Assembly: GCA_002269645.1 (NCBI GenBank)
Contig: NIVC01000615.1
Span: forward strand, 62,001-126,000
From: Macrostomum lignano
Lineage: Eukaryota
Direction of reading: 5' to 3'
DNA length: 64,000 nt
The notes beneath the pieces are model-generated. The model saw nothing but the letters and a program-made list of their open reading frames with translations, was not told the DNA's origin and ran no database searches. A program made the translations under genes and the position numbers. Positions 1 to 12,200 of this stretch are shown one piece after another (positions within the stretch are counted from its first letter, which is position 1; every line of letters begins with the position of its first letter).

Positions 1-812
1 CTTAGTTACACACCTCTACTAATTAGGAATTAGCCTTAGTTACACACCTATACTAATTAGGAATCAGCCTTAGTTACACACCTCTACTAATTGGGAATTA
101 GCCTTAGTTACACACCTCTACTAATTAGGAATCAGCCTTAGTTACACACCTCTACTAATTAGGAATTAGCCTTAGTTACACACCTCTACTAATTGGGAAT
201 CAGCCTTAGTTACACACCTCTACTAATTAGGAATTAGCCTTAGTTACACACCTCTACTAATTGGGAATCAGCCTTAGTTACACACCTCTACTAATTAGGA
301 ATTAGCCTTAGTTACACACCTCTACTAATTAGGAATTAGCCTTAGTTACACACCTCTACTAATTAGGAATTAGCCTTAGTTACACACCTCTACTAATTGG
401 GAATCAGCCTTAGTTACACACCTCTACTAATTGGGAATTAGCCTTAGTTACACACCTCTACTAATTGGGAATCAGCCTTAGTTACACACCTCTACTAATT
501 GGGAATCAGCCTTAGTTACACACCTCTACTAAATTAGGAATTAGACTTAGTTACACACCTATTGATTAAGAATTAGCCTTAGTCACACACCTATTAATTA
601 AGAATTAGCCTTAGTCACACACCTATTAATTAAGAATTAGCCTTAGTCACACACCTATTAATTAAGAATTAGCCTTAGTCACACACCTATTAATTAAGAA
701 TTAGCCTTAGTCACACACCTATTAATTAAGAATTAGCCTTAGTCACACACCTATTAATTAAGAATTAGCCTTAGTCACACACCTATTAATTAAGAATTAG
801 CCTTAGTTACAC
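1..812. repeat. Minisatellite, 34-bp unit switching to a 32-bp variant after ~545
   Basis: Unit CTTAGTTACACACCTCTACTAATTAGGAATTAGC recurs at 1, 35 and onward; later unit CTTAGTCACACACCTATTAATTAAGAATTAGC (starts at 610, 642). Truncated by the window start. Confidence 0.95.
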
Positions 813-1020
813 ACCACTACTAATGCTCAATATTCCTTTGTACTACAAAAAGGAACTAAAATTCTCACAGCCTACTTATGTTGTGAAATTTCTCAGTAGT
901 ATGAATTAAATTATTGAGAATGACATTATATTGACAGCCGTGCTAAAAATCGTCTTCAGTTACTAGTTCAACAATTACCCAAATTTTGATGCAACTAATC
1001 CGGTCAATTATAACTCCAAA

Positions 1021-1482
1021 ATGGCCGGCACAATATTCGAAGACATATTCGACGTTAAAAATGTTGAGAAACGTTTCGATCGAGTTTCACGCCTATTTTG
1101 CGAATCGGAATCGTTTAAAATGGATTTAATTCTAGACGTTAACACTATGGTTTATCCTGTGCAGCTGGGCGAAAAGTTTCGCTTAGTGATTGCGTCCAGC
1201 TTGCGAGAGGATGGCCTAGTTGATGACGGAGAGTTCGACCCGCTGATGTGGCAGGACGGCAGCGGTGGAGGCGGTGGCAGTCGTAGCAGAGCAGATCAGT
1301 TTGAATACGTGATGTACGGCAAAGTTTATCGACTAGAAGGTGAAGGCTCCAGCGATAGTCGTCTGGCAGCCTACGTGAGCTATGGCGGCCTGCTGATGCG
1401 ACTGATGGGCGAGGCCAGCAATTTAAATAGTTTTCAAATGGACTCGCATGTCTATTTGCTAATGAAGAAGTTGGCCTTTTGA
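1021..1482 (+). CDS. POLR2H: DNA-directed RNA polymerases I, II and III subunit RPABC3 (RPB8), single exon, 153 aa
   Basis: Close match to remembered RPB8 sequences: [57 protein letters not shown] and the C-terminal [10 protein letters not shown]. Intact ATG to TGA. Confidence 0.97.
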   Translation: MAGTIFEDIFDVKNVEKRFDRVSRLFCESESFKMDLILDVNTMVYPVQLGEKFRLVIASSLREDGLVDDGEFDPLMWQDGSGGGGGSRSRADQFEYVMYGKVYRLEGEGSSDSRLAAYVSYGGLLMRLMGEASNLNSFQMDSHVYLLMKKLAF

Positions 1483-1669
1483 ATGTACTTTTATTTTGTT
1501 ATACTCGTGCAGATCGTAACAATTAGATAGAATCGAGTACTTTGCGATTATGACTAATTAAATTATAAGCCTTGTACATCTGAATTGGTTGGGTAACTTG
1601 GATTTAAGGGTCATTCCACAGCTAATAGAATAACTGGATACTATCTACTCTTCTTTGTCCACTTGTGGC

Positions 1670-1890
1670 TGACTTTACTTCTCTCTCATTGGCTGAGCTT
1701 GATTATGCTTACCCCCCTAGGCTGAGTTTCGTCCGCCTGACTTTGATCTCTCTCCTTACTGCTCTCTCATTGGCTGAGCTTGATTGGGCCTACCCCCCTA
1801 GGCTGACAGTTTCGTCCACCTAAGTTTGACCTCTCTCCTTATACTGCTCTCTCATTGGCTGAGCCAGATTGGGCCTGTCCCCCTAGGAAA
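1670..1890. repeat. Three imperfect ~81-85-bp direct repeats, each containing ATTGG (reverse CCAAT)
   Basis: CTCTCTCATTGGCTGAGC...CCCCCTAGG recurs near 1681, 1762 and 1847. Confidence 0.75.
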
Positions 1891-2384
1891 CTCTTAGCTG
1901 CCACTGCAAAGACAATCTACTGAAAACAGAGTAGACATTCACAACTTTAACTGAGAGTGGCATCTATAGTTTTTTCAAACATTTTAAGTCTGCCTTTAAT
2001 ACGGGGTAAATCAATGTATATTCGCACTTATAATTTTACTTGTAGCTTAATTCTCTAGGACTAGGTAATGTATATGTTGCATTTCTATGTAAGACGGTAA
2101 CTAGGAGTTAATTTAAGTGCGTAAAACACTTTTAACTCCTTTGTAACTGAAAAAAACGTTTGCTAATTTTTGTGAATTTTTTCATTTGCGTTTTAAACTG
2201 CGCAAATCAACCGTTTATGCAAATTTCTGCTAAAGTACATTTTTACATGTTTAGCTAAACTGAAATTAATGTATTAACCTTTTTGTCGGGACCTTTTTGT
2301 GTCATTAACACGGGCTTTTTCAGCTCTAATTTCTGTCAATTAAAAGCATTGCCCAAATTAAAAATCGTCCTTTAGAATCACTCT

Positions 2385-2565
2385 CGTAATCTACTATGAG
2401 AATTGCCCCTTAGTCTCATATTCTACTATGAGAATCGTCCCCTACTCACGTGATCTACTATGAGAATCGCCCCCTATTCTCGTAATCGTCTATGAGAATC
2501 GTTCCCTGCTCACGTAATCTACCATGAGAACCGCTCCCCACTATTCTCTTAATCGTCCCTGAGCA
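2385..2565. repeat. Short degenerate ~32-bp tandem repeat
   Basis: CTACTATGAGAATCG(T/C)CCCCT-like units, about 5-6 copies. Confidence 0.7.
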
Positions 2566-3223
2566 TCGCTAATGAGTCATACTTTTATGAATCATACTTG
2601 AAAGTCTGTTGCAATCCGAGCATTTGATTAATTCATTCATGTCGTAAAAATAAGCGAACACAAATACCACAAAATGGCTGACCGCAAGCAGCTTAAGAAA
2701 AAGAATTTGTCTTTTATGTCTTTTATGTTTTATTTTATTTTTATTAGCATTGCTAGCTCAAGGTAATTAAATGTATGAACACAGTGCATTAAATCCAGTG
2801 GCCCAATTAAACACTTAAATGTGTGTCGTTGTGTGTGTCCTCTCTCTCTGTAAATATTATTATGCACATAGATAGTATATATTTGGTTAGGTTAGGTCTT
2901 GACGGCCAGTAGCTGAATTCCGAACTGAGCTTCGAAACTTTCTTCCCAGATAGCTACTTTACAACAGCATAGAACGCTACATGCTACTGCATAGAATTGT
3001 CCAAATTTGTACGCAACTGCCATTCTATAATGTAGTGAGTTCTCTCACTCAGTGCGTGGCTCTTTCTGTCTTGCATTTCTTTTTTTGGCCTGCGCGCATA
3101 GATTTTCATTACAGTGCACTATAATTCTGTTTTTTATTATTAATTCTCTTCTTTCTATTTCTCTCTGTCTTCTGCGAAATCTGCCAAGGCGTCTGCCAAA
3201 GACAAGTTCGACGACAATTAACC

Positions 3224-6200
3224 ATGCCGGGTTTTCGTTTGAAATTTCAACGCAAACATCGGTATGATATATCCGCTAAAGGCTACTTTATAGTGTCTGT
3301 CACTCTACTGGATGGCACCACAATTGACCAGACGGTCACCTCGGAGACTTGCGGCAAAGATTGTATTAATTTTGTGGCACAAAAAATTGGCATCCGCGAT
3401 GTTAATTACTTCGGCCTGCAGTACCAGTCGCCCAAGGGCCAGCGATGGGTGAATCTGTCCAAACCTGTCAAGAGGCAGCTGGATAAATATGCTGTGGATC
3501 ATTCTCTGAGATTTGGAGTCATGTTCTTTGTTGAGGATCCCTATGCTATTGTGGATGATGTGGCTAGGTGAGTAAACTCTCAAAATGCCAGATTTTTCTT
3601 TTACTGGGCTACCTCCAGCCTCCCAGATCCTCAGTTGCTGGGCCACCAGCCTCCCAGATGCTCAGTTGCTGGGCCACCAGCCTCCCAGATCCTCAGTTGC
3701 TGGGCCACCAGCCTCCCAGATGCTCAGTTGCTGGGCCACCAGCCTCCCAGATGCTCAGTTGCTGGGCCACCAGCCTCCCAGATGCTCAGTTGCTGGGCCA
3801 CCAGCCTCCCAGATCCCCAGTTGCTAGGCCAGCCTCCCAGATCCTCTGTTGCTGGGCCACCAGCCTTTCATATCCTCAGTTGCTAGGCCACCAGCCTCCC
3901 AGATCCTCAGTTGCTGGGCCAGCCTCCCAGATCTTCAGTTGCTGGGCCACCAGCCTCCTAGATCCTCAGTTGCTGGGCCACCAGCCTTTCAGATCCTCAG
4001 TTGTTGGGCCAGCCTCCCAGATCCTCAGTTGCTGGGCCAGCCTCCCAGATCCTCAGTTGCTGGGCCAGCCTTTCAGTGTTTCCCATGCCAGAATCATTAA
4101 CTCAACCAAAATATTTTAGAAGCATTTTTTGGTGCTTTTTTGTTACGCTTATTTTAACTGAACAACAGAAAGTGAATTTCTCATTAGAGAATTTTTCCAA
4201 AACAATTTCATGTATCGCAACTACCTTTTGCATTTTGAAAAAACAACAAATGCAAAACAGTACTGCGATGAGACACAAGTATTATAGTTTTAAACGTTAC
4301 ATTGTTAAAAATACGACAGCCAAAATGTATGAGCACCAGTCTATTTGACAAGGAGGAAATGTAATGAATTGTTTTTTAATTCCATAATCAATAATGAACG
4401 CAAATAAGTGACACAATGCACATGGGTTTGTAATAAGCCATTGACGCAGGTATGAGTAAAAAAACGATACATAAAAATGTGGTGCACAAATGACAGACGC
4501 GATAAATATTGCACAGTAACAATACGAGTAGCAATAACGGAAGTCAGTATGTTAGAAACATAAAGACTTAGGATAACTTCAATTGAACATGCTGAAAAGA
4601 AACTTACTGAAAAGGGAATGCTTAGCAGAGCAGATCAACAAAGATAAACTGAGGTCTTCATTGTTAGTTTAAATACAAATCACCTTGCCAGTTAGAGCAG
4701 TAACAGCAGTAGCATGATACCTCACAAGTAGTCAATATCTAGGGAGAAACTGGGTTAAGAACACTTGTTACTTGTGACAAAGCGGGTTTGAAAAACGTCA
4801 AGATAGGTCTTCAAACGAAAAGGTTAAAAAATTGTCTAGCTCGCCGAACTGCTTCACGCACCCGGCTAAATGGAGAATCGCATGAAAGTTTCCGCTGCTC
4901 AATAAGTTTCCGGAAAAACAAATTTTAACATATCATACCAGCATGAAATTTTACCAGCAGTCAGACACAGATCCTAAAACTTCTCAAAATATCCGTTATC
5001 GCAATCCAAGCACTTTTTCATCCTGTCAAACCACGCAGAAAAACATGCCCCCAAATGGTCTCTGTTGATTCTCGCCAATTCGCCTGCCATCGCATTCAGC
5101 AGCTCCTCCCCGGTGTCAAAACGCCTCCCTTTCAAATTCCGCTTGATTTTCGGAAAGAGGAAGAAATCGCAAGGTGCCAGATCAGGTGAATATGGCGGAT
5201 GCGGTAGCAGCGTCAGGTTTGTCGCTGAGAAAAACTCTGACGTCACTCGGGCCTTGTGTGCTGGTGCGTTGTCATGGTGCAGAATGATGTGCCGATCTCT
5301 GGTCTTTGGCCGCTGTTATTGAAGCGATCGCAGCACTTAAGTGAGGCATCTGGTTGTGTACCACTCTGCTGTCACTGTGGTATCCTTGTCCAGCACCACA
5401 GGCGGCAGAATCCCACAGCGACGGAAGAAAACCGCGACCATCACTTTCCCGACACTGCGTTCTCGTGCGAATTTCACCGGCACTTCTTCACCATCAGCAA
5501 CCCATTGCCGGCTCTGAGCTTTAGTTTCTGGATGGTAAAAGTAGATCCAGGTTTCGTCACCTGTCAGCACGTTGGACACTAGCGGTGAGGCTCCTGCGTT
5601 AAACTGACGCAGCGCAGACTGGCAGAAACTGACTCTGCCTGCCCTGTGCTCGGCAGTTAGCTGATGGGGTAACCATCTGGCGCACAGCTTGCGTACGCCA
5701 AGTCGATCGTGCAGAATGGAATTAAGGGTGCCATCTGACACCCCCACATTCTGCACGAGCTCACGAGTGGTCAACACATCTGTCTTCGTCAAGCAGACGC
5801 CTGGTGGCAGCCACAGTTGTAGGCGTGATGGCTGAATTCAGACGTCCATCACGCGGATCGTCGTCAAGACCGAATGCACCAGTCTGAAAACGAGCGTGCC
5901 ACTCGTACACGACGCTCTCGCTTGGGGCTTCACTTCCAAGCGCCGTTTGAAGCATCTGCAGGCACTGGGATGGAGAATTTCCCAGGCGGAAAAGCAGCAG
6001 CAGCATGGCTCTCTTGTCACGCCGGGTCAGGCTTGGAGGTGTGTCCTGGTTCTCGTCAGTCTGGGCTCTCTTGTGAGTGAACATGAAAATGCAGCGAGCT
6101 GAAATTTTAGGCATAATGTCTCAACATATTCCTGCATCATGTCCTAAAACAGCTTTTAAAAATAATGCCTAGAACTATGTTTTTCCGGAAACTTATTGAG

Positions 6201-9200
6201 CACCCTCGTATTGTACGACGCGGCACGTTCACCATACAGTAGAGCAACTTGGCTAGCAAAGGTTTGAATGTAATGAACAACATGGTCTCTCAAATGCTTG
6301 TACCGCGGAGAATACGAAAACATATACTTAGCAACATTGAAAAGTCGCCACTCTATGCGCCAGTGAGAAATTTCTCTTGGACAATTCTGAAATAAAAGAT
6401 GCGAGAAAACTGACCGGGGTAGCTTTAATCCGTCCAACCCTCGCACACCGCCCGCCCCACTTTAATCCACAACCCAAGTCTGCCGTGTGGCGTAGCTAAG
6501 TTGCTTCACTCGCAAGATTGAAAGACTTTACCTGCAATCTCAAAAGTGGCGACAACAGACGGAATCTTCTGTGGTGGCGACTTTTCAATGTTGCTGAGTA
6601 TATATTTAAAATTGTAGCAGTCTAAAATGGTCATAGTAAATGCCAGACAGAATGTCTTTGGAAAGGAAATGGGGCCCAATGTACAAAAAATTAAGACGGG
6701 TCTCAGTAGCTTTAAAATCGACTAATTCGGTATCAAGTTGTCGCGAGGGTCGTTAAAATTCAGAGGGGATCTACTTGGCTAGGCTACAGGGAAGATCAAA
6801 AAGCGACCACGAATCCGAAAGCCTTTCACCAAGCTAAACATCCAGAAAAAACCATAGGATACAGCGAGTAACGCCAAGAATGTCAGCATGCTGACAGTCT
6901 AAAGGAAAACGAGTTAACAACACTGCGACCTCATGCAGAAGGGACAGAGGCGATTGATTGTTCTCTCGCAAAGCACTGTAATCCTCATCAGTGCGTCTGG
7001 TATCCTTGCTTTCCTTATTATCCTTGCTATTCGAGGCTTTCCAAGAAACGTGGAGTATACAACTTGGATTAGAAGTGTTCGACCAACTGAGTGGCAGAAA
7101 TCACATCCTTGATGGGCTGTATGCGATGCAATGCATTGGAAGTAAGCACGAGCAACTGAATGCCACAGATAAATACGAAATTTCCCTGCTTTCTTGTACT
7201 CGTATTCTGCATCGTCATTCCAACTGACTTCAAAACTATGATCTCGCTAATGAGCTTACGGAGAGGCTTTCCAAATCCACAGTATAGCTCTACTGAATAG
7301 ACTCGGCTGACGGCCTGCCGAGCACTGGATAAAAATTGGCCAAAATTCTGTCTTCAAACTCTTTCAATGTGGCAAGCCGTCGATGTTGACTTTGAGGTCC
7401 AGAAAATTTTCCGCTTCGCTCAGAACTTGACACCCATCAACTTCAAGGCTACGAGTATTTGAATACTTTTGATTATCGAAAGATGCATAAAGTTTCCTCT
7501 TGACATGCCTTCCTTGCCAACAGTTAAGTTAAATTACATTAAAAAATTACAATTAAACAAAATTGGAAGTAGCACAAAATTTCGAATTAGATCAACTTCC
7601 TAATCCGATTTTCGCGGTCTTCAGCATCATCTTCCAGTTCGATAACGAGTTTGCTTCCCTTTACGGGTTTAAAAATGCTTTACAGCTTCCCATTCCATAC
7701 CAGGATGCATGCCTTCGCGAGACTGGAGTCAGGCAGATATAGCACGTGTCTCATTTGCTTTCAGTGTGCTGCCTCAATTTTATGGCCGATGCTGCGGATG
7801 TTGAGGTCATCAAGTACGTCCCACATGTTGACTCTTTCCTCTTCCATCTCGATTAGAGGTAACTTCCTCTTCTCGCTTCAGATTTAGTGGTACCTCCTGC
7901 CCATTGCTTGCTGCATCTTTTCTGCCTTATAAACGGCCTTGCACCGGCCTTGAAAAGTAAAGTGCTTTTGATGCAGGCTTCGACGATTGTTGCCTGGGTT
8001 CGCTTGGTCAGCCGCGTGCGGTGTAGCATGTTCTTTACTCCACGCCAAGCTTTTGCCGCTCTTTGTAGCCTTTGGGTCATGTCCTGTTTTCTTTTTGAGC
8101 ATCTTTATGTTCTGCCTCTCGAACGTAACCAGTATTGCTCTCTCTTCTTTATCGTTGTTGGTATTTTCCTCTAGGTTATTCATGATTTCGATGATAGTAC
8201 ACGTGCCTTTTTCTATTTCGGCGGCAGTTTCTACGATTGTGGTGTTTTCGAATAGCGAGTTTGAAATCTTGATCTCTGCTGTTTCTTCGTTTCGGACGCC
8301 CAATCTCTGCGGTGGCGGGCTGAGGCCCGATCGGGACTCGGTATGCTCTATTATGCCGTGTTCGCGTCTCGACTCTTCCGCTTTCGTGGCTCGTCTCTCT
8401 CCTGCTAGACGGATAACGGCTTGATGGAGAACTCCATTCTCATCTCCATCATCAACCTCGCCGTCATCGGAATCGTCAGATGACTCAACAAGCAACTGGT
8501 CATTAACAAAACCCCCATCCTCGTCAACCAAAAGTTGATAAAAGCCATCGTTGTCGACAATAGACTGAAAAAATTATCCATAACCACACACTCACCACGA
8601 AAATAATCATTAATCACGTCCTCCCCTAGCTCCATGGCTACCTCGCCAGTTGCAGCATCAGACGCAGCCAAACCAACGTCCTATCCTTGCTAGGTCCTTA
8701 TCCGCCTCTCGAAGAACCTTACGTCGAGAAGCCTTTAAAAATTGGGGATTGATACCTGGCTTGAGAAAGAAGCGTTTAATTTTTCTACTGAAATTTTCTA
8801 AAAAAGACAATAAAATAATAAGACAAATTACAACATTAAAGAAATAAAAAGAACCGCGGTGATAAAACTTGTCAAAATATATCTGTTAAGCTCAGCTCCA
8901 TTCAGTCACTCGTAACTGTCTTCCGAATCTTCAGCTTCATTGAGGCCTCCTTGTCCTTGCTTACAGAGCTGCCACAATCGCCTCTTCAACAACCTTGACA
9001 GACTGGCCGATGTTGTCAATGTTGCACATAATCCTTAATGAAGTCCTCCAGCCTCCCCTTTATTTTTATTTTCCTATCTGTAACATACCTGTTGCACCTT
9101 GTCAGAACTTCGTCCGTAAACAATGCACGCAATATGCGACGGACCAGTTCCTTATCCGAATCTCCAGCTAAGCGATTCAGATATTCTCGGATCTTATGCT

Positions 9201-12200
9201 TCTCGTCAGGTTGATCAAGCCAAGAAATTAATTCATTAACACCCGTCATTGATGAGACCTGATACATTGAATCTTTAGAAATCAAGACACGAATTGCCAC
9301 CAGCAGACTGTTCAGAAGATAGCCCGCTTACCCTATCATTAAATGATTCAAGCTTTCTCTCCAGAGTGAGAACCTTCTTGAAAATGACAGCATAAAAAAT
9401 TATCTGACTCCATTTGTGTTTGGTCTGATTCCATGTGGCCTGTGGTAGTTGACATTGATCTGTAGTAGAAATTTATTGCTGGTTGCCTCTTGGCATGCGT
9501 GGCGACTGGTGGTGGTGGCAGTGCACACAGTGGTGGCATTTGTCACATGGCTACAGGACTAAATCTTGAAGCAGAAAGAGAAGAAACTAGTGGTGACAAG
9601 CAGGCAGAGTTCTCAGTGGTATGTAAATGCCTTTTGATTGAAGCAGACTCCCTGGAGTTGTCACTCAATGGCTGGGAATCATCGTCATGAGGCTGCAAGT
9701 TCTTCCCTCTTGTTGCAAGTCTTTCCAAATCTGCTGAACTGCCAAACCGATCAGTGTCGAAGCAGTTTAATGTTTTCCAGACAAACCGGTTTGTTGGTTC
9801 AGACACGTGGCTGACGTAGTCCATCCAGATCGCGCAGCATTGGCTCAATTGGCCACTTTTTCTATGTCTTGTGTTCTGTGGCATGATTCAAACAGACTGA
9901 AGAGATGACTTGCTTGACCAGCCTGCTAAGCTTTTGCTAAATTTGGCTTGCCATTATACTGTGCAGAGGCAATCACTACCTCTGATAAAGCATTAACAAG
10001 TGGCTCAAAGCAGCCAGACTGACTTAGGCTAAAGTCAGTCTGGCTGCTATGCAAAATCTCGAAAGTCTTGTCAGTTGGAAAATTGCAGCAAGGAGGTTTA
10101 GAATGTCTTTTAAAGCCAATCTCGTCTCGGAAATCTAAAAGTGAAAATGTGGAAGAATTATGTTTAATATACATCAAATATCAAGAAACTTGTCTAGAAC
10201 TGTAGTGTCAGTGGAGGTTTAAAGCCCAGTCCACTGTTACTATTAGTATTATATAGCTAGTGATCTCTAGGCGTTGGGACGCGCAGCTTCGGCCGGCTGC
10301 AGTGTGGTGCTGGTGCACTCACAAAGCACTTTTAAGCAAGTAAAGGTAGCAATATAATAGTAGTACCCAATGATAACTGGTCGCGTGTAACTATATATGC
10401 TACTGAACAGGCGTAAGGACGCGCTGGCCTTTACTGATACGATTATGGTAGCAGTCCTGGCAATTCCGATAGGATAAACGCAGGAGAGGTAGCACTTACC
10501 GGTCAAATCACGTAAATTGCAACATCCTTGATTATTGCTGGCTGCTAAGGTTTCGTCCATTTATTTCTTGCAAGTCTCTTCTTGTCTCCGTAAGAAGTCT
10601 CTTCTAGTCTCTTCGGAGAAAGTCTCTTCTAGTCTCTATATTTCTCTAATTAAAATAGTTCCTTTTCTACTCTCGATTTGGTTTCAAAATCAGTCGGAGC
10701 CAGAGCGGACTCCGGCCAATAAATATACCCAAAAAACGGGCCCCTACAAAAGTGGAGAAAGAGCAAAGGGCACAGCCAATCAGCGTGGCCCGCAGGGCAG
10801 AGCTGACCAGCCAGGGAAGGCAGAGCCACACAGGGCTGAGGGAAAGCTCACTGCCGACCAATCACCCTCCAGCACAGGCGTGCACAATCGAACCAGTCGG
10901 TACTGGTCTGGAGTGGCCGGCCCAAACAAACAAACAAGTTCACTAAAACAAACAGTGCACATGCACTACAGAAGATTGTCACGACTTAGTTCACAGTAGC
11001 TATAATAATTGTTTTATCTTTCTAAGAGTTTTGGTTGATATTGAATTATTATAATACATTGTTATCTATACAGTAATAACGTAATTCTGGGCCAGCCTCT
11101 CAAATCATCGGGCTTTCTTCGGCCCCAGAACGCGTGTGAAAAACCCCTCTAAGCAGCACATATTACAGTTTTATCATTCGCTTGAATCATAAAAACCTGC
11201 ACCCTCGAACGCCACTATCGCAGAGAATTGTACTACCTGCAGCTGCGCTACAACTTACTGAGCGGACTCATTCCCTGCTCACTGTCAAGGGCCATCACCT
11301 TGGCGGCCTACGGATTTCAAGTAGACTTTGGCGATTGTAGTCAGGCTAATTTATCGTTCGACTACTTGCTGGATTATCGGCACATTTCTAACGATCTGAT
11401 GCCTGTTAACGACTCCGATTATAAGAACATTGTTGAAGAGATACTTAAACAGTATCAGATGCTTGAGGGCACCGACTGCAAGATGGCGCAGTGCATCTAC
11501 ATTGAATTGATTCAGAAGAATACGCCGCACTTTGGTGTCGCTTATTTTCCTGCTAAGGTAAGTTTGTTCTGTACTCGACAATAATGGCGGTTCATTTTAA
11601 ACCTGTCTCTCAGATCCCATTATATTGGTATTCTTAATCATGTCTCTCAGATCCCATTATATTGAGATTTTTAATCCTGTCTCTCAGATCCCATTATATT
11701 GAGATTCTTAACCCTTTCTCTCAAATCCCCCTTAGATTAGGATTGTTAATCCTGTCTCGCAGATCCCCTTAGATTGGGATTCTTAATCCTGTCTTTTAGA
11801 TCCCCTTAGATTAGGATTCTTAATCCTGTCTCTCAGATCCCCTTAGATTAGGATTTTTAATCCTGCCTCTGAGATCCCAGTAGATTAGAATACTAATCCT
11901 GTCTGTCAGATCCCCTTGATTAGGATTCTCAATCCTCTGAGATTCCATTAGAGTAAGATTCTTCATCCTGTCTGTGAGATCCCCTTAGATTAAAATTTTT
12001 AATCCTATTTTAGCTCAATACCTTACATTAAAAGCGTTATAATTTTGGTCTAACATTACAATCCCATTTATCAAACAACTTTCAGACGCGCAAAGGCCAG
12101 GACGTGAAGCTGGGCTTGTCTCAACGCGGTGTCCGACTGTTCGGCAATGCCGACATGGGCGAAGTCGACCTGCGCTGGTCTGACATTGCCAGCTTCCAGG

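Noticed and set aside
1-812. Telomeric or subtelomeric repeat
   Set aside because: Contains TTAG/TTAGG words, but the unit is a 32-34-bp minisatellite, not (TTAGGG)n.
8540-8610. GECVVMDNFFS resembling the piggyBac transposase DNxF motif
   Set aside because: Isolated 10-residue match with no other piggyBac motifs, TTAA TSD or TIRs. The same bases fit better as a GTGAGT...TTTTCAG intron.
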